From Aureliella sp. (GTDB taxonomy: Bacteria; Planctomycetota; Planctomycetia; Pirellulales; Pirellulaceae): DNA of 64,000 nt. Where the stretch lies: the NCBI GenBank assembly GCA_963691875.1, contig OY829846.1, forward strand, positions 4,160,001-4,224,000. Direction: 5' to 3'. Made by a program: the position numbers and the translations under genes. The notes under the pieces are model-generated. The model was given only the letters and a program-made list of their open reading frames with translations. It was not told the DNA's origin and did no database searches. This document shows, in pieces, positions 48,406-57,790 of this stretch (the first letter of the stretch is position 1; the number at the start of each line of letters is the position of its first letter).

Positions 48406-49938
48406 ATGCAAAAGATAGTATTCAATCGGACGCTCGCGTTGCTAGTTGTTTGTATCTTCGTCAGCCCCGTATTGAGCCAGTCGACGACAGGACTCGCATC
48501 GCAGTCTTTTGATCTTGTAGTGCCGACTGCAAATATCAAATCGCAGGCTACCTTGAGTGCGATTCAATTGCAGATTCGCGGCTCTGATGGATCGGTGACC
48601 CGTTACGCACGAAGTCAACAGCATGATTCGGCGGATGGAAAGTGGTTGGGATACTACAGCACAGCTGCGCGGCAGATCATTCGTTGGCCGAGCTCGAATT
48701 CAGGAGGCCTTGAGATTGGTTCCGAAGTCGCAGGCCGAGTTGCGTATCGTCCCAGCAAAATGACGATTCGCGTTTCTCAAACTCGCTCGATGAATAAATC
48801 TGTTTTGCCGCCTGTGAACCCGGTCGTAGCCAGTCCCATCAATCAGCCAAGTGGCGCGCCAGGGCAGATTGGCGGTATTGTTGCGAACTTGGCGGCCAGC
48901 AAGTTTTTTGATCTAGTCTCGCAACGTAAGAAGCTTCCTTCGGCACAGATGCTACGCATCGCTACAACCGACGTGCGCGGGGCACCCTGGCTGCTCTCAA
49001 GAGGTTCTGGTTCAAGCTTGCGAGCGATCTCTTCCGGTTCAACGGGAGCGGATTGGTTTGCGACTCCAGTGGGACAAGGCTACATTCGCTTGCAAACTTA
49101 CCGTCAAGGAAAAGTTTTTTCTCTGTCTGCCACCAATCGAAACCATCTCGGCTTGGCGCCCGCCGCGCAGGATCCTCAGCAGCTTTGGATGGTGAGCGCT
49201 GGGTTGGGCCAGAATCAATTCTGGTTGCAGAACGCGGCTTTCCCGGGAACTTGCTTGGCCCATAACGGGGCGGGCGTACTCACCCTACGACCGCTTGCAT
49301 TCAATCGAGCGCAGATGTGGAGTCCTTACGTCGCTCCGCGGGTCACTGGATTCCAGCCATTTTATCGGAGTGTGACGTCGCAGTTCGTCGCCAATCCTCC
49401 TTTGCCACCAGCGAAACTAATCTTGGACAACCGGCATCGCTACGCCTTGGTGATCGCACTGGGGGATAGCCGCAGGGGCGCTGACTTCGAGCAACTCCGC
49501 ATTGAACCAGGCCAAAGCCTGACACTAGAACTGGAGCGTGACTCGGGTGCTCGGATTGTTGAAACAGTCGAATACCGGACCTTGCTCGGTGGCTGGAGAA
49601 GAGAAGAGTATGTCACTGCGGTCCCGCCTAGTGTGCAATATGATTTGAGTGTCTACGAGGAGCATCTGCAGTCGATCGCCATCGATCGAACCGGCACGAG
49701 CCCGAATCCCATCGAAGATGTCAACTACGTGCCCAAGAGCGTAGGATGGTTACCACTTCCTGTCGGTGAGGCACTGCCAGAGGTAAGTCGTATAGATCTG
49801 TATGCTAAGGCGAAGAAAGCGCGAAACCCTGGCGGAGTTCGACGCCTGGATGCCGAACAATTTAATGCCAAGACTCCAGCGCGGCCGCTCGAGCAGATCT
49901 TGGAACAGCACCAATCCGTCAGGCGCAGGAAGTTCTAA
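48406..49938 (+). CDS. Secreted protein with central ricin-type beta-trefoil-like region
   Basis: Signal peptide; QxW-like repeats (ADWF, QQLW, AQMW) with LQN..PGTCL. Confidence 0.6.
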   Translation: MQKIVFNRTLALLVVCIFVSPVLSQSTTGLASQSFDLVVPTANIKSQATLSAIQLQIRGSDGSVTRYARSQQHDSADGKWLGYYSTAARQIIRWPSSNSGGLEIGSEVAGRVAYRPSKMTIRVSQTRSMNKSVLPPVNPVVASPINQPSGAPGQIGGIVANLAASKFFDLVSQRKKLPSAQMLRIATTDVRGAPWLLSRGSGSSLRAISSGSTGADWFATPVGQGYIRLQTYRQGKVFSLSATNRNHLGLAPAAQDPQQLWMVSAGLGQNQFWLQNAAFPGTCLAHNGAGVLTLRPLAFNRAQMWSPYVAPRVTGFQPFYRSVTSQFVANPPLPPAKLILDNRHRYALVIALGDSRRGADFEQLRIEPGQSLTLELERDSGARIVETVEYRTLLGGWRREEYVTAVPPSVQYDLSVYEEHLQSIAIDRTGTSPNPIEDVNYVPKSVGWLPLPVGEALPEVSRIDLYAKAKKARNPGGVRRLDAEQFNAKTPARPLEQILEQHQSVRRRKF

Positions 49939-49984
49939 GTTGTCTACGATTCTGCGCCCTGGCATCTCGAACTATCCAGCGCAC

Positions 49985-51235
49985 GTGAAATGCGTTTTAG
50001 CATTGGTTGCTCTATCGCTTTGCACGAGCAATTGGTGCCAGCGCTGCGTCGGGCAGTCACTGCATACGCGTGATGATGTCATCGCCACTGTAGCCGCTTT
50101 GCAGTGGACGACAGATGGTTGGCAGTACGCGACGCCGGCTGACCCCAAGCTCTTTCAACCTGCAGATGTCGTTCGTTGGGGAAGTTGGAGCGGGGTGCAG
50201 CGCGAGCAGGCAGTATGGCTGTCCGATGGAAGCTGGCTCTGCGGAAATTTGGATTTGCTGAGCGACAAGGTCTTGGTACGTAGCGACTGGTTCGATCCCG
50301 TTGAGATCCCTTTGACTTCCCTGCGAGGTATTTTGCTGAATCCACAGCCTTCTTTCCGCGACTGGCAGAAAGTTTCTAGCTGGATGTCAGCCGCCGAAGG
50401 CACCGATGATCGGATTCTGCTTACCAGTGGACAGAAATTGCAGGGTTTAGTCAGCTTCATAGAACGTGATGAAGAACCGGCGAGCCTGCAGCTGGAAAAG
50501 AATGGCAAGAGCTTTTCTTGGGAGCGACCTGAAGTGCGCGCAATCGTATTCAGTCCTGCTCTGCTTGGGGAGATTCCCAAGAAGACCAAAGGCCAGTCCA
50601 TTGCGATCAGTGATGGTTCTTTCCTGAATACACGCGCTCCCGAAGCCTTCAAGAATCGATTCAAGCTAGTTACAGACGGAGGCGTGAATCTAGTTTCTAT
50701 CGACTCTGCACAACGTTTCTCGGAAGAGCTTCGGTATCTCCGAGTTCATAACGCATCGACCCAGTTTTTAAGTGACATGCCTGCTGCGCAGTACAAATAC
50801 TTGCCCAAGCTGAGCAGTCTGCAATGGGAGCTCGGGATAGATGAGGACTGCCTGGGCCGTCCGCTTCAAGTCGACGGTGGTGTGGTTCCGAAAGGAATCG
50901 CCATGCATGCCCCATCCCAAGTTGCCTTTCGCTGGGACAAGTCTGCAGCCAGATTGCTCGGAGAAGTCGGGTTCGTGGTGCCGCCGGCTGGGGGTGATAA
51001 GAGGTTAGGTGCAGTCGTCTGCAAAGTGCTCGTCGCCAGAAGCGGGAAGCTGCAAACCGTGAGCGAGTTCAAGCTGCATCGAGCGGGTGATGATCGAGTG
51101 CGAACCAGTTCACTTATCGATATTGATGTCACCGACGCACAATTGATCGTCTTGGTGGTCGAAGAGGGTCGGTTCGGGCAGCTTGGCGATCACATCCAAT
51201 GGCTCGACTTGCGATTAGAAAGACAAGGGGAGTAG
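49985..51235 (+). CDS. NPCBM/NEW2 domain-containing exported protein
   Basis: C-terminal PKGIAMHAPS...IDIDVTDAQLIVLVVEEG..GDHIQW. GTG start at 49985 gives a signal peptide and removes the overlap. Confidence 0.75.
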   Translation: MKCVLALVALSLCTSNWCQRCVGQSLHTRDDVIATVAALQWTTDGWQYATPADPKLFQPADVVRWGSWSGVQREQAVWLSDGSWLCGNLDLLSDKVLVRSDWFDPVEIPLTSLRGILLNPQPSFRDWQKVSSWMSAAEGTDDRILLTSGQKLQGLVSFIERDEEPASLQLEKNGKSFSWERPEVRAIVFSPALLGEIPKKTKGQSIAISDGSFLNTRAPEAFKNRFKLVTDGGVNLVSIDSAQRFSEELRYLRVHNASTQFLSDMPAAQYKYLPKLSSLQWELGIDEDCLGRPLQVDGGVVPKGIAMHAPSQVAFRWDKSAARLLGEVGFVVPPAGGDKRLGAVVCKVLVARSGKLQTVSEFKLHRAGDDRVRTSSLIDIDVTDAQLIVLVVEEGRFGQLGDHIQWLDLRLERQGE

Positions 51236-51658
51236 GTCTATTTGTCTCAATTGACCACCTATGGTGATCTTGGTGTCGAACTCTAGGCCTCTCTGCATAT
51301 CCCAGACTTACTTTTCGCTTTTTGTTTTCGGTATTCGAAAATTGCTGTTTTAAAGCCGTATACAAATTCTTCGCTGTCCCTTGCACCGGAATCTACTTTG
51401 TCCGTCGTAATGTGCAGCCACCAAACAATTCCTTGGTTCGTATCCGTCGACCACCGACATTCAACGCCAACGGTTTTCTCGAAAGCGACGAAGATGATTG
51501 GGATCGAATTATTGGCAGAATTTTGAACAAAAAGAGCGATGGATTTTTCTAGAATTCCTGCCACTGAAAGTTGGCTTAGTCCTCCTGATGCAACCCACTA
51601 TAACTTTTTAAGCCGGTCGCTGGACGCCAAGGGATTCGTGACCTCATCCACTAGAAGG

Positions 51659-53182
51659 TTAGCTAGACAACTCGGGGAGCACGGCGGTGCCGTCGCGATA
51701 CAGCACGTTGTAGGCACAGAAGGGAATGATGTGCCCACTGGGAAGAACGTGGTGGGTGCAACACTTCATGACACGGCGTACGTCAAAATTGTATACGTCC
51801 AAGAATGAAGTGATCGTGATGCGCAGCATGTCCCGCGCTCCCTTGGATTGCTGCATCACACCTTGCAGGAAGTTCTCGATCTCTGCCAGACTCGACCCGT
51901 CCTGCTGGGAGTCGCTGGGCCCGTCGTTCAGGACGGGAAGGGCGCCAGTCGATTCAGTCTCTGAGTCGGTCGAGCAGTCTTGGCCTGGTGTGCAACAGCC
52001 GTTATCTCCGCATGCCAACCGAGCCATGACTTGCTGCGCAAGCGACTGAGTCTGGCTTTTGGTAAAGCTGATGCCATTGGCGAGCAAATCCAAATGTTGC
52101 TTTGCATCGACAAGTTTTGTCAGCGGTGTGAAACCATCCTCTGAGCGCAGCGCGAGTCCTAGCCAATGGCAGTTCGGATGCGCACAAGGAAGCGGAAAGA
52201 AGTCATCTGCATCGAATTGATTGCGAGGATCGTTCACTAAGTTGTCAACGACATCTGGAAAGGTAATTCGCCGCTCCAGTTCTTCGGGCAAGACGTGTCT
52301 GCCACTATACGTCGCGGGTTGATAGCTGAGCCCAGTTACCTCAGGGCGTCCTCTGGCAAACTCTAGCAACTCAGCAGGTGCTTCATCGTTGACGCCGCCT
52401 TGAAGAGTTGCAACCAAAGTGACGTTTAGCCCTGCTTCTGCGAGACGGTCGAGTGCTCGCAGTTTGGTTTCAAGCAGACCGGTTTGTCCGCGCAAAGTGG
52501 CGATGGCTTCGTCACTGAGAGAGTCGAGTTGGAAGTAGATCTCGACGCGCTCGCGCCGTTCCGCCAACTCGTCGACAAGCTCTTGGTCATTGGCGAAGCG
52601 GATCCCGTTGGTGTTGATCATCACGTAGTCGATGGGTTGGCTGAGCGCGTAGTCAACAGCGTCAAGCAGCTGCGGATGCAAAGTCGGCTCGCCGCCCGAA
52701 AGTTGCATCACTTCTGCTCGGCCCTCGGCTAAGACTAATCGATCGATAGCAGCCTTAATCTCATTCAACGACTTATGCTTCTTGCCAGGTGCGCTGGCGG
52801 CGTAGCACATCGGGCAAGTCAGATTACATCCATCGGTGATCTCGATCACGCCGATGCATGTGTGTTGCTCGTGCTCGGAGCAAAGTCCACAATCGTAGGG
52901 GCAGCCTTTATCGGGTTGGGTGTAAGTTTGCTCAGGCAGCTTGGCAGGCAAACTCGTTTCGATCATGTCATAGCGATTCACGTCGCTGCAAACAAAGTCT
53001 TCGCGCGTCCCGTGTTCTGGACAGGACTTGCGAAAGTAGACACGTCCCTTTCGGGAGATGATCTTCGCCTGAACCACTTGGTGACAATCGGGACAGAGGC
53101 TCTGAGTGAGTCCCAAGAATGTGTAGTCACGATGTTTGACCGCGCGTCGCCGTTGCGAAGAAGGATCCGTATCAGTGCTCAT
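51659..53182 (-). CDS. Radical SAM protein of the MJ0619/Tes (tetraether synthase-like) family
   Basis: CPDC...CPEHG, GCPYDCGLC..H..HTC, CNLTCPMC, SGGEPT, CAHPNC, KCC, IIPFCAYN. Confidence 0.85.
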   Translation of the reverse strand: MSTDTDPSSQRRRAVKHRDYTFLGLTQSLCPDCHQVVQAKIISRKGRVYFRKSCPEHGTREDFVCSDVNRYDMIETSLPAKLPEQTYTQPDKGCPYDCGLCSEHEQHTCIGVIEITDGCNLTCPMCYAASAPGKKHKSLNEIKAAIDRLVLAEGRAEVMQLSGGEPTLHPQLLDAVDYALSQPIDYVMINTNGIRFANDQELVDELAERRERVEIYFQLDSLSDEAIATLRGQTGLLETKLRALDRLAEAGLNVTLVATLQGGVNDEAPAELLEFARGRPEVTGLSYQPATYSGRHVLPEELERRITFPDVVDNLVNDPRNQFDADDFFPLPCAHPNCHWLGLALRSEDGFTPLTKLVDAKQHLDLLANGISFTKSQTQSLAQQVMARLACGDNGCCTPGQDCSTDSETESTGALPVLNDGPSDSQQDGSSLAEIENFLQGVMQQSKGARDMLRITITSFLDVYNFDVRRVMKCCTHHVLPSGHIIPFCAYNVLYRDGTAVLPELSS

Positions 53183-53203
53183 ATCAATCTCACAGGAACC
53201 GAC

Positions 53204-53749
53204 TTAGATCGGCAGCCTCAAAGAAAACAGATACATGCCAATGAAGGCCAGTAGAGCGATAATGCCACTCGCACTGAGAATCATCGTCATCGCCTCACTG
53301 CTCGAACCTCTCCAAAAATCACCAGCAGTCGCTAGCGTAGCAGGCAAGCAGACGGCACAGAAGCAAAGGAAGGAAACGATCTCCATGATCAACACGAAGG
53401 AGGTTGATGCAAACAACATCAAGATAGGGCGAGGAAGTGTTCTCTCAGGATGCAGGCGAGAAACTCTCTTCTGTATCATAGGTACTCGAATTGCGCCAAA
53501 AACCGATGCGAATCCGATCATGATGGCCCATTGAAAAATGCCAAGAACTGCAGCGACTACACAAGTTCCGAGAACGGCAGCTAGAGACAGCCAGAATTCG
53601 CTGGGCAAATGCGCGCGTACACGCAGGTGAGTCTGCCCGTCGTCAGTAACCGATGGGGCAAAAGGATTCGCGTTGGCATCGGTCTCAGCACCGACAGTAT
53701 CAGCAGTCGGGAGCACCGGAGGCAAGTCGTTTGAGTCGTTTTCGTCCAT
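53204..53749 (-). CDS. Hypothetical four-TM membrane protein
   Basis: Acidic N-terminus with NPFAPS motif; four hydrophobic segments; ends 21 nt upstream of the radical SAM gene. Confidence 0.7.
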   Translation of the reverse strand: MDENDSNDLPPVLPTADTVGAETDANANPFAPSVTDDGQTHLRVRAHLPSEFWLSLAAVLGTCVVAAVLGIFQWAIMIGFASVFGAIRVPMIQKRVSRLHPERTLPRPILMLFASTSFVLIMEIVSFLCFCAVCLPATLATAGDFWRGSSSEAMTMILSASGIIALLAFIGMYLFSLRLPI

Positions 53750-53841
53750 TTGGGCTGGCTGTGCGATCCAGTGTTTTGCGAAGTTAAAAGGCTAAGGATA
53801 CCACAGCCATTTGCGCAGGGTCAAACAGTGATTGGCCCTCG

Positions 53842-55575
53842 TTACTTGCGGATCCTGATCGCAAGTTCCGTCAAATCGGAGCGGCGAATGATCCCAATGA
53901 ACTTCTGCGGTTCTTCGTCCGACACCACGGCGAGCACATCATCACTGCTGGCACGAAAAGCCTCGATGACGTCGCTGATGACATCCTGCGGATGAACCAT
54001 GATGCCAGCAGGCGTACTCAAATCCTCCGCGTTAACCAAGAAGTCTAGAGACGAATCAAAAAAGGTATCACTGAGTAGATCGTATCGAATCAGACCGACC
54101 ACTTCATCTTCTTGATTCACCACGACATACGTATTGTCATGACTTCGACGAATGTAGTTGATAACGTCGTCAAAGTCTGCATTTTGCTTCAGTCCCTTAA
54201 CGTTGCTGCGGAGCAGATCAGCCACCTTTAGTGTACTTGGATCGATCTGTTGCTTCGGCGAAAAACCCAACGCGTCTCGAGCCTTGACCCACATCTTGTT
54301 GGCTTGGCTCGTTGCAGTTTCGGTACTGTGATATACGGCCTGAGCAAGTGGGACTTCTCCTGCTTTCATCACGGACCAACGGATCAGTATCGGACCACTA
54401 ATCTCGAAGAAAACGACCGAACCAAGGATGATTGCTTCGAGGTTGCGACCAACTTCAGGCCAACGCTCGGCCGCGAGCGAGGCCAAAGCAATTGCTGCTC
54501 CAGCCTGCGCTAGCATACAACTGCCGAGGTAACGTCGAACGGTCGGCGCTTCGCGATGCCAGCGAGCTGCCCAGCGAATACCAAGAATCTTTCCGGCGCA
54601 TCGAGCCGCGATGTAAACGGCTCCCAAGAGTCCCGCCGCTACGAAGGCCCGTAATTCAAGCTCGGCTCCGTGCACGGCGAAGAAGACGACTATCAGGAGG
54701 CCGGCGATCTTCTCTTGCTCGCCCAAGATCTCCGGCGCTGCGTCGGAAGTGTTGACCAGCATGACACCAGCGACCAAGAATGTCAGCATGAAAGGCAGAT
54801 TCCAGGTCTCGCATAGCCCAAGCAGCAATATCGACGCTGCGATTACCATCACTAACCAGCGGCGACGACTGAGCAGTCCACAACCGAAACTAATGCACAG
54901 CCCCAAGGCAACGCCTAGCAAAATAGCGCCACCCAGACTCACGACCATTTGTCTGGCTTCCTGCACGACATCGCCATCGTATCGAGAAGACAACATCTGC
55001 GCGACCAAGAACAACAACTCAAAAGCGATAATCGCCGCAATGTTGTTTAGTGCGACCAGAACACCTGCAAGTTCCGTTACAGGTCCCTCTGAATTGGATT
55101 CTTTTAGCACCAAGACGGTTGTCGCTGGAGCCGTCGCAAGTGCCAGAGCGCCAAGCAGAACGGCGCTGGAGAGCCCATAACCAAAGCCCCAGACTGATAG
55201 AGTCACCAGCAAGAATGTCGCCAGCAACTCTCCAATGCTTAGACAAGTTGCGTGACGCAAGATGGGTCGAATCTGCGAAACGGGAAAAGCACAGCCCAAC
55301 TCGAGCAAAACCAACGCGATGGCTAGCTTCGTCAGCGGCTCGAGGTGATGGATCTGCTCGGCAGCAATCGCATTTAGCGCACTGGGGCCGACTGCTACTC
55401 CGGCCATCAAATACGCTGTGACTTTGGGAATGCGGATCCAATCGGCCAAGATCCCAGCAGCTAGGGAAGCCAGCAGTAGGACGCCAATCGAAACTGCAGC
55501 GTCAAACTGATGGATCACCCAGGGCCCATCTGCGGAAGCCAGGAAAGGGAAGAGCGTCGCGTCCAGCATCCTCAC
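53842..55575 (-). CDS. Cation:proton antiporter with C-terminal CBS pair
   Basis: About 12 TMs, ATAPATT, QAGAAIAL; CBS motifs (YVVVNQEDEVVGLI, FIGIIRRSDL). Confidence 0.88.
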   Translation of the reverse strand: MRMLDATLFPFLASADGPWVIHQFDAAVSIGVLLLASLAAGILADWIRIPKVTAYLMAGVAVGPSALNAIAAEQIHHLEPLTKLAIALVLLELGCAFPVSQIRPILRHATCLSIGELLATFLLVTLSVWGFGYGLSSAVLLGALALATAPATTVLVLKESNSEGPVTELAGVLVALNNIAAIIAFELLFLVAQMLSSRYDGDVVQEARQMVVSLGGAILLGVALGLCISFGCGLLSRRRWLVMVIAASILLLGLCETWNLPFMLTFLVAGVMLVNTSDAAPEILGEQEKIAGLLIVVFFAVHGAELELRAFVAAGLLGAVYIAARCAGKILGIRWAARWHREAPTVRRYLGSCMLAQAGAAIALASLAAERWPEVGRNLEAIILGSVVFFEISGPILIRWSVMKAGEVPLAQAVYHSTETATSQANKMWVKARDALGFSPKQQIDPSTLKVADLLRSNVKGLKQNADFDDVINYIRRSHDNTYVVVNQEDEVVGLIRYDLLSDTFFDSSLDFLVNAEDLSTPAGIMVHPQDVISDVIEAFRASSDDVLAVVSDEEPQKFIGIIRRSDLTELAIRIRK

Positions 55576-55647
55576 GCTGCCTCATCCGCCATTAACAACG
55601 CGCCGAACACATCGCTCGAGCAGCTGGCAGGATCCTCATCCATATGC

Positions 55648-57480
55648 TTACTCGGCATTGGCCATTGCATCGAGTTGAATCACAGAGCGATTTTGCTCCT
55701 TCTCAAGAAAGTTGCGGCCATACTTCACATTCACGTGATCCCACGGCAACTTGCTCATCAGCTCGTATGGTTCATGCAATTGTTTCTCGATGTCAATGTC
55801 GCTATCGGCAAGTGCCTTCCACCAGCGGTCTGGATCGAGCATCTCTGTCCAGCCATCCATTCGAGCACCACGCTGCCAAGCCAATTCGATGGCATCGCAA
55901 GTGCGGCGATCGCCACGGCTCAACACTCCTTCAAGCAAGCTCGTTTCGATATTGTGGCACTTGATGTTAACAGAGCGAATCTTGCGTTGCTTCCAAAGAT
56001 GCTTGTGCGCCCACTGGAAGTATTCGCGTCGCTGCATACCGTTCCATTGATACGGCGTATGCGCTTTCGGCACGAAGTTCGAGACGCTGGCGGTGACTTT
56101 CGGATTGCGGCCTTTGATTTCCTTGCCAATTCTGGAAATTGTTTCAGCCATCTCAACGATACCGTCTAAATCGACAGGACGCTCGCCAGGCAGTCCACAC
56201 ATGAAATAGAGCTTCACGGACTCGTAGTTATTCTTAAAGGCTACGCGGCAGCCCTCGTACAAGTCCTCATTCTTGATTTTCTTTCGGATCTGCTCTCGCA
56301 TGTCATCTCTAGCCACCTCAGGTGCAAGAGTAAGTCCAGAGCGACGGCCGTTACCAACCAAATCCGCGATTGTCCGAAGTTGCTCGTTCACCCGTAGGCT
56401 CGGCACTGAAATATTCACACCGAGCGGATTGAATGTTGCCTTAAGTTGGGTGACAAGTTCTTCGAAATGGGGGTAGTCACTACTGGAAAGAGAAAGAATG
56501 CTGATTTCGTTGAAGCCAGTATTCTTATAACTATCCATCGCACCATTGATGATCGTGTCCACGCTACGAATTCGCAGCGGACGCTTGATCACAGTGCTTT
56601 GGCAGAAACGGCATTGCCAAGGACAACCGCGCATGATCTCGATCGCGATACGATCATGCACACATTCGACATAGGGCACGATTGGGGCGGTCGGAAGAGG
56701 AATGCCATCTAAGTCTTTGATGACACTTGGCTCGATCGTCTCGGGCACGTCGCCTCGCGAACGATTCAGTGCGATGATGCGCCCGTCGCGATACTCTGGT
56801 TCATAGAATCGCGGTACGTAAGCGAAGGGCAGTCGTGTCGCGAGTTCAGCCAAAGCCTCTTCACGCTGCTTCACTCCAGCTTCGCCTTGAAGCCAGCCGC
56901 CGTTTTCCTTGGCCGCGTCACGCAGTTCCAACCACAAGTCGCAGATCAAAGGCAAAGCGGGCTCACCGTCACCTGTCACAAACACATCAATGAACTCTGC
57001 CATCGACTCTGGATTCTGTGCACAAGGGCCACCAGCCAAGATCAGCGGATCTGCCATCGTGCGTTTATTCGCGCGAATAGGGATTCCCCCGAGGTCCAAC
57101 ATCGTTAGCACGTTAGGCGATGAGATCTCGTACTGGAGCGAGAAACCGACGATGTCAAAATTGCTAAGCGGCGTAAAGGTCTCGAGTGAGTAGAGCGGCA
57201 ACTGATGCTGCCTAAGCTGCTCCTCCATGTCTGGCCAAGGTGTGAAGCAACGCTCGGCCACCCAGTCCGCCCGGCGATTCATCAGCGAATAGAGAACTTG
57301 CAGGCCGTGGTGGCTCATGCCAATTGTGTAGGCATCAGGGAAGCACAAGCAGAGGCTGCCAGCCACCTCTTTGTGATTCTTAACCACAATATTTCGCTCA
57401 CCACCCACGTATTGTCCAGGCATCTTTACTTTGGCGAGGACGTGGCGAACCAAGTGTTCTTTCAGGTCAGTATTGATCAT
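55648..57480 (-). CDS. TIGR03960-type B12-binding-domain radical SAM protein
   Basis: PGQYVGGE, FPDAYTIGMSHHG, EIMRGCPWQCRFC, KLYFMCGLPGE, FVPKAHTPYQW, LPWDHV. Confidence 0.9.
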   Translation of the reverse strand: MINTDLKEHLVRHVLAKVKMPGQYVGGERNIVVKNHKEVAGSLCLCFPDAYTIGMSHHGLQVLYSLMNRRADWVAERCFTPWPDMEEQLRQHQLPLYSLETFTPLSNFDIVGFSLQYEISSPNVLTMLDLGGIPIRANKRTMADPLILAGGPCAQNPESMAEFIDVFVTGDGEPALPLICDLWLELRDAAKENGGWLQGEAGVKQREEALAELATRLPFAYVPRFYEPEYRDGRIIALNRSRGDVPETIEPSVIKDLDGIPLPTAPIVPYVECVHDRIAIEIMRGCPWQCRFCQSTVIKRPLRIRSVDTIINGAMDSYKNTGFNEISILSLSSSDYPHFEELVTQLKATFNPLGVNISVPSLRVNEQLRTIADLVGNGRRSGLTLAPEVARDDMREQIRKKIKNEDLYEGCRVAFKNNYESVKLYFMCGLPGERPVDLDGIVEMAETISRIGKEIKGRNPKVTASVSNFVPKAHTPYQWNGMQRREYFQWAHKHLWKQRKIRSVNIKCHNIETSLLEGVLSRGDRRTCDAIELAWQRGARMDGWTEMLDPDRWWKALADSDIDIEKQLHEPYELMSKLPWDHVNVKYGRNFLEKEQNRSVIQLDAMANAE

Positions 57481-57714
57481 GGAATCAGGTGAATGTCAAA
57501 GGGAGTGCAGCTGGTTCGGCATGGAACTTGTTCTTAAAGCCATCAGCTTAATTCGTGCTTGAAGTTGTCCAAGCTGAAATGATTCGTTGAAGAATTGCTC
57601 GTGACCGCGGCAATTTTCCCAATAAGCTTACCAGAAGGTGTCGTTTTTCCCTACGCACCTCTGATCTGCGACATGGCAGATCCAGGTTGCTTTTTGCAAA
57701 AGATGATCCTCTGG

Positions 57715-57753
57715 AAGCCCGAAGCGTCAGCGAGGGATCAGCCCTGTCCCTCG
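57715..57753. repeat. REP-like element (family B), right arm truncated
   Basis: AAGCCCGAAGCGTCAGCGAGGGA ... TCCCTCG. Confidence 0.6.
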
Positions 57754-57790
57754 ATTGCGTATCGTGAAAGTGTCTAGTGAGCGGCTAGGG

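Noticed and set aside
57481..57790. Cobalamin riboswitch upstream of the B12-binding radical SAM gene
   Set aside because: No recognisable B12-box or core motifs; the region contains a REP half element and small hairpins only.
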